Assembly (NCBI GenBank): GCA_016223135.1
Contig: JACRPQ010000005.1
Coordinates: 176,873-240,872, forward strand
DNA: 64,000 nt
Source: Chloroflexota bacterium
GTDB taxonomy: Bacteria; Chloroflexota; Anaerolineae; Anaerolineales; Villigracilaceae
Reading direction: 5' to 3'
The notes beneath the pieces are model-generated. The model was not told the origin of the DNA. It searched no databases and worked only from the letters and a program-made list of their open reading frames with translations. The translations under genes were made by a program, and so were the position numbers. The stretch's first letter is position 1; each line of letters begins with the position of its first letter. Below, piece by piece: positions 36,180-45,213 of this stretch.

Positions 36180-37124
36180 ATGGATACCAAATTTGTCCAA
36201 TCTGCATTGGAAAAGAAAAAAGCCCCAAACACAGACCCTCACATCCCGCCGATCGCAGGCACGTTGTTTGGGATTGCATTGTTGATTGCCATCCTGGGCG
36301 CCGTCATTGGTGAAGGCAGATATAGTGACGTTGTGCTTGGCGGCTGGGTAATTGCGTGGACGTTGATCGGCATGTACGTTCTTTTCGCGCTGAAAGTCGC
36401 TTCGCAATGGGAAAAAGCGGTGGTTCTGCGGCTCGGTAAATTCAGGAAACTTGCAGGACCTGGTCCGTTTTGGATCATCCCGATCATTGACACCACGCCC
36501 ACGTGGATTGACCACCGTGTGATGGTCACGCCGTTCGCCGCGCAAAAAACGCTGACGAAGGATACTGTGCCGGTGGACGTGGATGCCGTGCTGTTCTGGG
36601 TCGTGTGGGACGCCGAAAAAGCCGCGCTCGAAGTCGAGAACTACCGCGCCGCCGTGGACTGGGCGGCACAGACCGCCCTGCGTGACATCATCGGGCGCAT
36701 GATGCTGGCGGACATTCTCGTAGGACGCAGCATGATTGACAAGGAATTGCAGCAGGTCATTGACGAGCGCACCACGCCCTGGGGCGTATCGGTGCAGTCG
36801 GTGGAAATCCGCGATATTGTCATCCCGCAGGATTTGGAGGACGCCATGTCGCGCCAGGCGCAGGCGGAACGCGAGCGTCAGGCGCGCGTGATCTTGGGCG
36901 AATCCGAGAAGCAGATCGCGGAATCCTTTGCTGAAGCATCCCAAGCCTACGTCAACAACCCGACCGCGCTTCATCTGCGCGCCATGAACATGCTCTTCGA
37001 AGGTTTGAAGGAAAAAGGCGCCATGGTCATTGTTCCCAGTTCGGCTGTGGACACGATGAACCTTGGCGGGCTCAGCGGCATGATCTCGCTGGCGCAGAAC
37101 AATATGCCGAAGGAAGATAAATGA
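36180..37124 (+). CDS. SPFH/band 7 (stomatin-like) membrane protein
   Basis: WEKAVVLRLGK, TKDTVPVDVDAV, AMSRQAQAERERQARVI, LHLR. Confidence 0.92.
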   Translation: MDTKFVQSALEKKKAPNTDPHIPPIAGTLFGIALLIAILGAVIGEGRYSDVVLGGWVIAWTLIGMYVLFALKVASQWEKAVVLRLGKFRKLAGPGPFWIIPIIDTTPTWIDHRVMVTPFAAQKTLTKDTVPVDVDAVLFWVVWDAEKAALEVENYRAAVDWAAQTALRDIIGRMMLADILVGRSMIDKELQQVIDERTTPWGVSVQSVEIRDIVIPQDLEDAMSRQAQAERERQARVILGESEKQIAESFAEASQAYVNNPTALHLRAMNMLFEGLKEKGAMVIVPSSAVDTMNLGGLSGMISLAQNNMPKEDK

Positions 37125-37207
37125 ACTATAGGGACACAGCGGAACACCTTTGAATTTTGGCGAGAGGTCGTCCCGCTGTGTCCCTGCGGATAAAAAAGGA
37201 GAAAAAA

Positions 37208-37858
37208 ATGACAACCCGCAGTACAACCCTTATCGTTTTGACCCTGATCGCTGCCGCCGCCATCGCAGGGCTCGTGTTTTGGAACCAGCTTCCCGAAATG
37301 ATGGCTTCCCACTGGAACGTCAACGACCAGGTGGACGGTTACATGTCCAAATTCTGGGGCGTGTTCATGATGCCGCTGATGGCGCTGGGCATGTTCCTGC
37401 TTTTTCTCATCATCCCGCACATTGACCCGCTCAAGGCGAACATCGCCAAATTTCGCGGCGTGTTCAATCTGTTCATTGCCTTCATCATCGGGTTTATGCT
37501 CTACATCCACGCATTGACGCTGGCATGGAACCTGGGCTACACGAGCTTCAAAATGAGCCGGGCAATGCTTCCCGCCATGGGGTTGCTGTTCTTCATCATC
37601 GGTTACCTGCTTCGGCAGGCGAAGCGTAACTGGTTCATAGGTATCCGCACGCCGTGGACGCTCTCCAGCGACGCCGTCTGGGAGAAGACCCACCAAGTCG
37701 GCGGTGTACTCTTCATGCTCTCGGGCGTGCTGGCGCTGATCGGCGGTTTCTTCGGCGGCATGACCGCCTTCTGGTTCATCGTGATCCCCATCTTCGGCTC
37801 CACCATTTTCCTCGTCGTCTATTCCTTCATGTTGTACCAGCGCGAGATGCGTGCGTAA
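37208..37858 (+). CDS. SdpI-family immunity-like membrane protein
   Basis: LPEMMASHWN..DQVDG (DUF1648-like), NWFIGIRTPWTL...WEKTH. Confidence 0.88.
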   Translation: MTTRSTTLIVLTLIAAAAIAGLVFWNQLPEMMASHWNVNDQVDGYMSKFWGVFMMPLMALGMFLLFLIIPHIDPLKANIAKFRGVFNLFIAFIIGFMLYIHALTLAWNLGYTSFKMSRAMLPAMGLLFFIIGYLLRQAKRNWFIGIRTPWTLSSDAVWEKTHQVGGVLFMLSGVLALIGGFFGGMTAFWFIVIPIFGSTIFLVVYSFMLYQREMRA

Positions 37859-37916
37859 GGGAACTGTCAGGGCGAGCCGTCGGGCGGGGACGCACTCCAC
37901 GTTGGGTGGACAGGAC

Positions 37917-37930
37917 GTTTCACGTGAAAC
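37917..37930. promoter_or_regulatory. parS: parS centromere-like site
   Basis: Perfect palindrome GTTTCACGTGAAAC, the core of the ParB consensus TGTTNCACGTGAAACA; intergenic. Confidence 0.8.
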
Positions 37931-38075
37931 CATCGGCGCCGACTGCAAGGCGTCTCACGTTCCAAGCGCAACGTCAGCGTCGGCGTCGGTGGGTAGCGCG
38001 GTGCCTATGAGTCGTCAGAGGCAGACTGCGACAAAAAATCACCTCTAGCCGCCCGGTTTATACTCGAAGAATTGA

Positions 38076-38095
38076 AATAGAACAAATGTTCTATT
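38076..38095. promoter_or_regulatory. LexA (SOS) box, GAAC-N4-GTTC type
   Basis: Perfect 8-4-8 inverted repeat AATAGAAC-AAAT-GTTCTATT overlapping TTGAAA (38072). Confidence 0.7.
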
Positions 38096-38168
38096 ATTGC
38101 CTACCCTTTATTCCTCGTCGTATCGTTTTTACCGCAGTTTGTTGATGGAAAAATTGCAGGAGGCACCA

Positions 38169-38399
38169 ATGACAGATGAATATCAAAAATGGGAATACCG
38201 CGTCCAGACCATTGGCAGTATCTTTGGCACAAAGGACCAACTCATTCAGTCCACGCTGGACGAATGGGGCGAGGAAGGCTGGGAGGCGGTCAATGTCTTC
38301 ACGCCGGAGAATAGCGGTAAGGTTACCATCGTTGCCAAACGTCCACTGACGGAACGGGCGCGGCGGATGAGATCCATGCCGGGAATGGGACAAGGTTGA
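38169..38399 (+). CDS. DUF4177-like small protein
   Basis: KWEYRV ... LDEWGEEGWEAV ... KRP; RBS GGAGG. Confidence 0.75.
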   Translation: MTDEYQKWEYRVQTIGSIFGTKDQLIQSTLDEWGEEGWEAVNVFTPENSGKVTIVAKRPLTERARRMRSMPGMGQG

Positions 38400-38497
38400 T
38401 AAGCCGGAATCAGACTGAGGTCAGGTATGACGCGTATGAATATCCGCTCAAAAATGGGCGGATATTTTTTTTATCCAGTAGCGATACAATTGTTGAC

Positions 38498-39949
38498 ATG
38501 AACAAAATAAAAATCCCGTTTTTCATTGTTATTCTGTTGGTAAGTCTTGCGCTGGGTGCATCCACCCTCACGCGCGGACATGAATGGGGCGACGATTGGG
38601 CGTCGTATGTGATGCAGGCGCAGAGTATATTGAACGGGAATATGGATGAATTCGTGGAACGTAACGCTTTTACGATCTTCGAGTCGTCGGTTCAGATTGG
38701 ACCCGTAGCATATCCCTGGGGATACCCGTTGACGCTTGCGCCTGTCCTGCTGCTGCGCGGCGTTCATCCGCTGACGTTGAAACTGCCGGCGCTTTTCTTC
38801 TTTATGGGATTTCTGCTCTGCTTCTATCTGTTGACCGAAACCCGCTTCACACGGACCGAACGCCTGCTCCTTGTTTCCCTTTTTGCTTTCAACCCGGCGC
38901 TGATTCGGTCTCTCGATTACATCATCTCCGATATTCCGTTTTTGTTTTCGGTGTTCTTTGCCTTGTGGCTTATGGAACGCGCGGAAGCACAACCGCAAGT
39001 GAAGTCTCAGGTTTTGCTGGGGGCGGGTATCTTTCTCTCGTTCTTCTTTCGTACTACGGGGATTATCCTGCTGGCAAGTTATCTCGCCTGGCAGGGATGG
39101 CGCTTCCTGACCGACCACCTCCGCCGAAGGGACATTTTTGTCAACGCAATGGTTGTGAGCGGAGTGTTCCTCTCGCTTTGGGCGCTTTCGTCTCTCATCT
39201 TCCCCGGTGGACAGGGTTCTTATTTTCGGCAACTGGCAGGATTAACGCCTGAAATTCTGCGAAGCAATCTGGTCAACTATTTTTATCTCTTTGTTCAGTT
39301 CTTCGACCCGAACGCAGCAGCAGCATGGACATATCTCTACTATCTGCTGGTCGTCTTTTTCTTGCTGGGTGTCTGGACCCGCCGCCATGCCGATCAGATT
39401 TTGATGGTTTTCTTTATGTTTTATTTTGTGGTCATGCTCATCTGGCCCGAGTGGCAGGGGATACGGTTTATCTTTCCTCTGATTCCGCTCTTCATCTACT
39501 TTGCCTTTCAGGGCATGCTTGCCGCCATACGGAAACTGCCTGAACAATATCTTCCCTTTGGACAATGGCTCAATTTTCTGCTCTGGGGCGCTTTGGCGGG
39601 GATTTTTCTCTTTACGTCGGCGTCTCATGCCTACGCTAACCTGGCAAATGAGCGCCGCGTCAACGGTCCGTTCGAGTCGTTCAGCATGGAGATGTACGAC
39701 TATGTTCGGGCAAACACTCCTCCCGACAGCATAATCGTCTTCTTCAAGCCGCGCGCTCTCCGTCTTTTCACAGACCGTGATGCGATCATGTCCATCGAAT
39801 GCGACCGTCTCCTCCTGGGAGATTATGTCATCTTGCACAAAAACTGGGAGTACAGCCAAATTCTCCCCGGCGATATTGAAAACTGCCGCCTGCCGCTGAA
39901 ACTGGTATACGAAAACCGTAAGTATCTTGTTTATGAACTGCAAAAGTAA
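38498..39949 (+). CDS. GT-C (PMT/ArnT-like) multi-pass membrane glycosyltransferase
   Basis: DDWASY, YPWGYP, SDIPF, RTTG, RFIFPLIP; many TM helices. Confidence 0.7.
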   Translation: MNKIKIPFFIVILLVSLALGASTLTRGHEWGDDWASYVMQAQSILNGNMDEFVERNAFTIFESSVQIGPVAYPWGYPLTLAPVLLLRGVHPLTLKLPALFFFMGFLLCFYLLTETRFTRTERLLLVSLFAFNPALIRSLDYIISDIPFLFSVFFALWLMERAEAQPQVKSQVLLGAGIFLSFFFRTTGIILLASYLAWQGWRFLTDHLRRRDIFVNAMVVSGVFLSLWALSSLIFPGGQGSYFRQLAGLTPEILRSNLVNYFYLFVQFFDPNAAAAWTYLYYLLVVFFLLGVWTRRHADQILMVFFMFYFVVMLIWPEWQGIRFIFPLIPLFIYFAFQGMLAAIRKLPEQYLPFGQWLNFLLWGALAGIFLFTSASHAYANLANERRVNGPFESFSMEMYDYVRANTPPDSIIVFFKPRALRLFTDRDAIMSIECDRLLLGDYVILHKNWEYSQILPGDIENCRLPLKLVYENRKYLVYELQK

Positions 39950-39993
39950 AATTGCCGCTTGAATCCATCCTGTAAAATCAGTACACTATACTC

Positions 39994-41241
39994 ATGAAGA
40001 TCACCACGAGCAGGCTGCGTGACCTCGAGGCAAGACAAAACCAACTGCTGCGCCTCGTCGAGTTGAGCGTCATCCTCAACTCAACCCTCGATTTGGACGA
40101 ACTCCTCCAGCAAATTACCGCCACCGCCACAGAGTTGCTGAACTGCGAAGGCTCGTCCATTTTGCTGTATGACGAGAAAAACCCGCGCCTCTATTTCGCC
40201 GCCGCCACCGGCTCCGACCCGGCGGAACTTGCCAAAATCCCCGTTCCCATTGAAGGCAGCCTGGCAGGGACAATCTTCCGCACCAACCAGCCGATGATTC
40301 TGAACAACGTGGAACAGGACCCACGTCACTACTCCCTCGTCGCCGACAAAATCAAATTCAAAACGCGCTCTCTCCTCGGCGTTCCCATGCCCATCAAAGA
40401 CCGCGTCGTGGGCGTCTTGGAAGCGGTCAACAAACGCGACGGCAACTTTACCGAGCGCGACATGGCAATTCTCTCGGTTACCGCCGCACATGCCGCCATT
40501 GCCATCAACAATGCCCGCCTCTTGCAAACCACGCGGCAGGCGCTCAAACAAGCCCAGCAGGCAAACGAGATCAAGAACAACTTCCTCGCCCTCGCCTCTC
40601 ACGAACTGCGGACGCCGCTCGGCATCATCATCGGCTATGCCACCTTTTTACAGGAGGATGCCCAAGGCGAACTTTCCGACCATGTCCGTCATGTGCTGAA
40701 TGCCGCCTCGCAGATGAAATCCCTGCTCGAGCAGATGAGCAACCTTACCCTCCTGCAGGCAGAACAGTTGGAAATGCGCCCCCGCAGAGTCGCCATTCAG
40801 GATATTGTGACCCTTGCTTGTAATGAAATTACGTACTCTGCGGCACGCCACAATCTGGAGATAACCTACGCCTTTGGCGAGTCGCCGCACTATGTTTATG
40901 TGGATCAAGATAAGACGACCCTCGCCTTCGTCAACCTGCTCAACAATGCCATCCGCTTCTCGCCTGAAGGGAGCCGCATCGTCATTGGCGCCACGGATCA
41001 GGGCGACCATGTCCTTGCATGGGTGCAGGATTACGGCAAGGGCATCCCGCCGGATAAGTTGCAAAAAATATTCGAAGGGTTCTATCAGATCGAGCCGCCC
41101 AACACGCGCAGTTACGGCGGGCTTGGTATTGGTCTCACCATTGCCAAAGGCATCATCGAAATTCAAGGAGGAACCATCTGGGCGGAATCGGAGGGACCTG
41201 GCAAGGGCGCAACCTTCAAAGTGACATTGCCCAAGGCGTAA
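39994..41241 (+). CDS. Cytoplasmic GAF sensor histidine kinase
   Basis: GAF domain (SLLGVPM..VVGVLEAVNK), ASHELRTPL, NLLNNAIRF, GLGIGL. Confidence 0.95.
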   Translation: MKITTSRLRDLEARQNQLLRLVELSVILNSTLDLDELLQQITATATELLNCEGSSILLYDEKNPRLYFAAATGSDPAELAKIPVPIEGSLAGTIFRTNQPMILNNVEQDPRHYSLVADKIKFKTRSLLGVPMPIKDRVVGVLEAVNKRDGNFTERDMAILSVTAAHAAIAINNARLLQTTRQALKQAQQANEIKNNFLALASHELRTPLGIIIGYATFLQEDAQGELSDHVRHVLNAASQMKSLLEQMSNLTLLQAEQLEMRPRRVAIQDIVTLACNEITYSAARHNLEITYAFGESPHYVYVDQDKTTLAFVNLLNNAIRFSPEGSRIVIGATDQGDHVLAWVQDYGKGIPPDKLQKIFEGFYQIEPPNTRSYGGLGIGLTIAKGIIEIQGGTIWAESEGPGKGATFKVTLPKA

Positions 41242-41359
41242 CACGAAAATTCATTTTGCAACAAAAAAGCGCCTCGTCTCTCGACGGGCGCTTCCTTTGT
41301 TTCACTATCCGACTATCTGACTATTTGCCTATCAGACTAATGACTATCAGACTCTCCGA

Positions 41360-42493
41360 CTACCCCAGATGCATCGGCATAATCACGTGCAGGAAATTGT
41401 CATCCCCCACCGGGCGGATGACTCCCGGCGCATTCGGCGCAGATGTTTCCAACGCCACATTCGGCGTGCGGATGACCTCCAGCGCTTCACGCAGGAACTT
41501 GACGTTGAATGCAATCAGCAACCCGCCGCCATCCACCGTTGCCTCGACAATGGTCTCGTTCTTGCCGGTTTCCTCCGAAATGGCGGAAATCTCCACCTCG
41601 CTGGGCTGTAAATCGCCCTGCGCGCTCTTGATATTCAACCGCGCCACATTCGACCCTTCACGGGCAAAAATTTCCGCCTGCTTGCACGCCTTCAATAGCG
41701 CAGCCGTCGAAACCAGCGTCCGCGACTTGTACGAGCGTGGAATAATCTGCTGATAATCGGGGAACGTCCCGTCAACCAACTGCGAAACGACCTCTACATC
41801 CTTCACGCGAAACACAACCTGACCCCGCCCCTTTGGCAGCGCCATATAAATCGGCTCCTCGCCGTCGCCTGCCACACGCGCCAGTTCCTTCAAGGCTTGA
41901 GCGGGGACGATTGCCGAAACAGGAGCAGGCACAGGCGCAACAAGAGCCGCCTTGCGGACGGAAAGACGGAACCCATCCGCCGCCGCCATTGTCATCTTAT
42001 CCTTTTCCACCTGAATCAAAACCCCCATCAACACCGGGCGCGCCTCATCGGTCGAAGCCGCAAACGCCACCTGATGAATCATCTCGCGGAAATCTCCCGC
42101 GTTGATTTGAATTGCGCCCTCCAAATCCGTCACCGGCAGAGGCGGAAACTCCTGCGCATCAATACACTTGATGTCGTTGGTCGAAGTCCCGCAGCGCACA
42201 TTCAGCGTTTGCGTTGGAACATCCAGTTTCAAGCTGACCTGATCGCCCGGCAGCGTGTTCACCAGGTCGCTGAACGTGCGCGCCGGCACGGTGGTTGAGC
42301 CTTCCTCCTCGATGCGCGCCGGAATCCAGCACGTAATTCCCAATTCGAGATTGGTGGCGGAAAGGCGCAGCCGTCCCTCGTCCGAAGCAAGCAGCACGTT
42401 CGCCAGCACCGGCAGGGTGCTGCGCGGCGAAACGGCTTTCGAAACAATTCCCAAACCGCGGGCTAAATTCTCCTGAAGCACGGTCACTTTCAT
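41360..42493 (-). CDS. dnaN: DNA polymerase III beta sliding clamp
   Basis: MKVTV.QENL, LSATNLE, STDEARPVLMG, AADGFRL, GTFPDY, FNVKFL, VIMPM. Confidence 0.96.
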   Translation of the reverse strand: MKVTVLQENLARGLGIVSKAVSPRSTLPVLANVLLASDEGRLRLSATNLELGITCWIPARIEEEGSTTVPARTFSDLVNTLPGDQVSLKLDVPTQTLNVRCGTSTNDIKCIDAQEFPPLPVTDLEGAIQINAGDFREMIHQVAFAASTDEARPVLMGVLIQVEKDKMTMAAADGFRLSVRKAALVAPVPAPVSAIVPAQALKELARVAGDGEEPIYMALPKGRGQVVFRVKDVEVVSQLVDGTFPDYQQIIPRSYKSRTLVSTAALLKACKQAEIFAREGSNVARLNIKSAQGDLQPSEVEISAISEETGKNETIVEATVDGGGLLIAFNVKFLREALEVIRTPNVALETSAPNAPGVIRPVGDDNFLHVIMPMHLG

Positions 42494-42599
42494 GATGTGT
42501 CTCCTCAGTGGATGATGACCCTCATATTTTACTTCATAAAATGCGCCGCACCCGAAACGACAAGAGACATTTGCCCGTTTGGTGCGGCGCACTCTCGCG

Positions 42600-44492
42600 C
42601 TAGAACCCCGTCACCAGCGAAATCCCAACCGCCAGCAGAATGAACAGCAGTTGCAGCGCAAACAACGCCGCAAACACATATACCACAACCATCCACGGCG
42701 AACGCGCCGTTTTCTTTTTCTGGACTTCTTGACCTTCTGCCAGCCTCTGCAGCGACTCTGCCGCCTGCACCGCATCCTCCGCCCAGACAAGATTCTGCGC
42801 TTCATTCTGGACGATGATCCTGTTCCCGCCAAACGAGCGAATCCACTCCGGAGCATTTACCGCCAAACTCCCGCTCAGGATGACGGCTTGAAACTCGCCG
42901 TCGGGCTTTTTGTCGGGCGTGGTTGCCGTCACTTGAACCTTCGCGCCCAATTTCGACAACGCCGTCCTCACCGCATCTGCCGCTCCATCGCCCGCGTCAA
43001 CAACAAGCGCCGCAAATGCGCTTTGCTTCTCTGCCAGCGCATCCGCCAGCGAAGCGCTGTCTCTGCGCAGGGTGCTCAAATGATAGAGAAACACCACACT
43101 GAATAAAAACAGCACTTGGAAAGTGTTGAGCAGGGAGTTGAGAAAATCGCTTCCCACGTCGCCCGTCAACAATGCGCGGAACAGTTGATAGATCAACCCC
43201 ACCGCGCTTGCCATTCCGCCAAGGATCGCAGCGAACAATGCCAGATAAAGGTAGATCTTGCGAAGCACCGACCTTCTGGCATGATCGCCCATCTCACCCT
43301 GCGCCAGCGCTTCCGCTTGCATCGGTCGCCACGTCATCAGCCAAAGCGGCAAGCCGACCACAATGGACGAGATGGCTACCGCAAGGGTGGAGCGACCGGC
43401 ATCGCTCATCGAAAAGAATGGACTGGTAGTCATGTCAATAATGAATGACAACAATGTAGCGACGCCCGTGAACAAAACAGCCAGCCCGATGAAAGCCAGA
43501 ATATAGTAGTACAACCGCTTCATCCCCGCCTGGCGAACCTTGTCGCCGACGGCTTCGATGTGACGGTTGAGCCAGTGACTGTGGTACATCCACACCATCC
43601 CCAACGGCACGCCCACTGAGATTGGTCCGCCCAATTGCTGGACAAAATATTGCGCGCTCCAGTCTGCGCCGAGCAGACGGGTGACGAGGATATTCACCAG
43701 CATGGAAGCGGTGGTGATCACGGTAATCGCCCCGCCCAGTGAGAGAAGGTAGAGAATGCCGAGGCGGAGAGTCGAGCCCATTTCGGCGGGATCAGTTAGA
43801 GAGTCCTGAATGACGCGCCACGAATACACCCACACAGGCGCTCCCACGATGAGCAATGCCGCCCCGTTGACGGCGGTCTCACGTCCCATTTGTCCCAAAA
43901 CATCACCGGGGATGTAAATCAGAAAACGTAAAACCTGCTGTGCGCCGAAGATCGTCATCAGCAAGCCGTAGAGCGTCCAAAGGTAACGGTACAGGCGGCG
44001 GACCTCGGCAAAATTTTCCCGGTTTTTTAGCGTCGTCCACTCGCCGCGCAGGATATTCCAGAAATATGCCGCCAGCAGCAGGTTCATGAGGATGGCGATC
44101 AGGTTGTCGGCAAGGGTTTGATAGCGAAATGCGCTAAAGGCGCGTTCTGCGCCCAGCCCGGCGGCTTGGGCGAGTGTGCGGTCAATGAACGAGAGGACGT
44201 TTTGCGCCACAGGGATGAGGGTGGCAAGCAGGATGGCATACAGATACACTGCCCGCAGGCTGGCTTCTTGTTCCTCTTCCTCCCCCGCCGCTGCTTTTTG
44301 CGCCCACAGCCAATGGACAAGGAAAATTGGCACGCCCACCAAAATCAATGCCAGCGCTTGAGCGAGCGCCTCCGCCCCGCCGGAAACGGTCTTATTCACA
44401 ATGGAGCGCAGCAGTCCAATCAACCCCCATGCCACCACTTCGACGCTAATGAAGGCAACGACGTAAAAATAAAGACGGCGGATGGTTTTCAT
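42600..44492 (-). CDS. Multi-pass membrane protein with DUF5671-like repeats
   Basis: Repeated RRLY.Y, VG.P.W..HW and LR.VYLY units. Confidence 0.75.
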   Translation of the reverse strand: MKTIRRLYFYVVAFISVEVVAWGLIGLLRSIVNKTVSGGAEALAQALALILVGVPIFLVHWLWAQKAAAGEEEEQEASLRAVYLYAILLATLIPVAQNVLSFIDRTLAQAAGLGAERAFSAFRYQTLADNLIAILMNLLLAAYFWNILRGEWTTLKNRENFAEVRRLYRYLWTLYGLLMTIFGAQQVLRFLIYIPGDVLGQMGRETAVNGAALLIVGAPVWVYSWRVIQDSLTDPAEMGSTLRLGILYLLSLGGAITVITTASMLVNILVTRLLGADWSAQYFVQQLGGPISVGVPLGMVWMYHSHWLNRHIEAVGDKVRQAGMKRLYYYILAFIGLAVLFTGVATLLSFIIDMTTSPFFSMSDAGRSTLAVAISSIVVGLPLWLMTWRPMQAEALAQGEMGDHARRSVLRKIYLYLALFAAILGGMASAVGLIYQLFRALLTGDVGSDFLNSLLNTFQVLFLFSVVFLYHLSTLRRDSASLADALAEKQSAFAALVVDAGDGAADAVRTALSKLGAKVQVTATTPDKKPDGEFQAVILSGSLAVNAPEWIRSFGGNRIIVQNEAQNLVWAEDAVQAAESLQRLAEGQEVQKKKTARSPWMVVVYVFAALFALQLLFILLAVGISLVTGF

Positions 44493-44548
44493 ATTTCCTC
44501 TTGAAATTTCTTTGTGTACTTCGTGTTCTTCGTGGATAATCTCACCGA

Positions 44549-45022
44549 TTATTTCGGCGGTTCCGAGTACCAGCTATAATCCCAAAAATTGTAAATGGGC
44601 AGCGACGAGATTTTCCATGCGCCGCTCTGCCGCACGAGGATGGCTCTCTGTTCGCTGCGGTACGGCGGAGAGAACGGATCGCCGCCGCTGTAAATCTGCG
44701 CTACTTCCACCGAGGCTTCGTCCCCGTTGATGTGGGAGGCGCCGATGTCCACAGCGTCGTTTTGAGGGTTGATGTATCCCTGCAGGAACGGGCGGCGGAA
44801 TTCTTCGTAGGTGGGCTTGTACTTCAGGTCGGCAAGGTAGCCATACGCCTTCTCATAATCCCCATTGATCAGCGCCAACACGTAGTTGTGGACGACGCCC
44901 TCCGGCGTATCCTCCGGTAGGTAGGTTTGAGCGTCCTGCCTGACAAAGAACACACCCAGCGCAACTACCACCAAAATCCCAATGCCAATCAGAATGCCGG
45001 TCAAAAAACGATCTTGTTTCAT
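44549..45022 (-). CDS. Hypothetical membrane-anchored protein (NTF2-like)
   Basis: N-terminal TM helix; TPEGVVHNYVLAL..GDYEKAY motif. Confidence 0.7.
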   Translation of the reverse strand: MKQDRFLTGILIGIGILVVVALGVFFVRQDAQTYLPEDTPEGVVHNYVLALINGDYEKAYGYLADLKYKPTYEEFRRPFLQGYINPQNDAVDIGASHINGDEASVEVAQIYSGGDPFSPPYRSEQRAILVRQSGAWKISSLPIYNFWDYSWYSEPPK

Positions 45023-45213
45023 GGATACCTCCGATTAATTCATTGTAGTGTTTTTAGGACGAAAAAACAAGCGGAAAGTTTCTGAGAGCGCCTGATTTTC
45101 TTCAATGATGAAGTCGCCCAAAAATTGCGCCTGCACAAGACCAGCCTTCAGCGGGATGTGGGGGTGGGTTGAATTTGATATACTTGCATCATCAACTCAA
45201 TAAGGAGCATCCC

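Noticed and set aside
37860-38050. GC-rich intergenic stretch as an ncRNA or hammerhead ribozyme (CTGACGA ... GAAAC on the minus strand)
   Set aside because: I could not build the required stems; only the parS core is supported.
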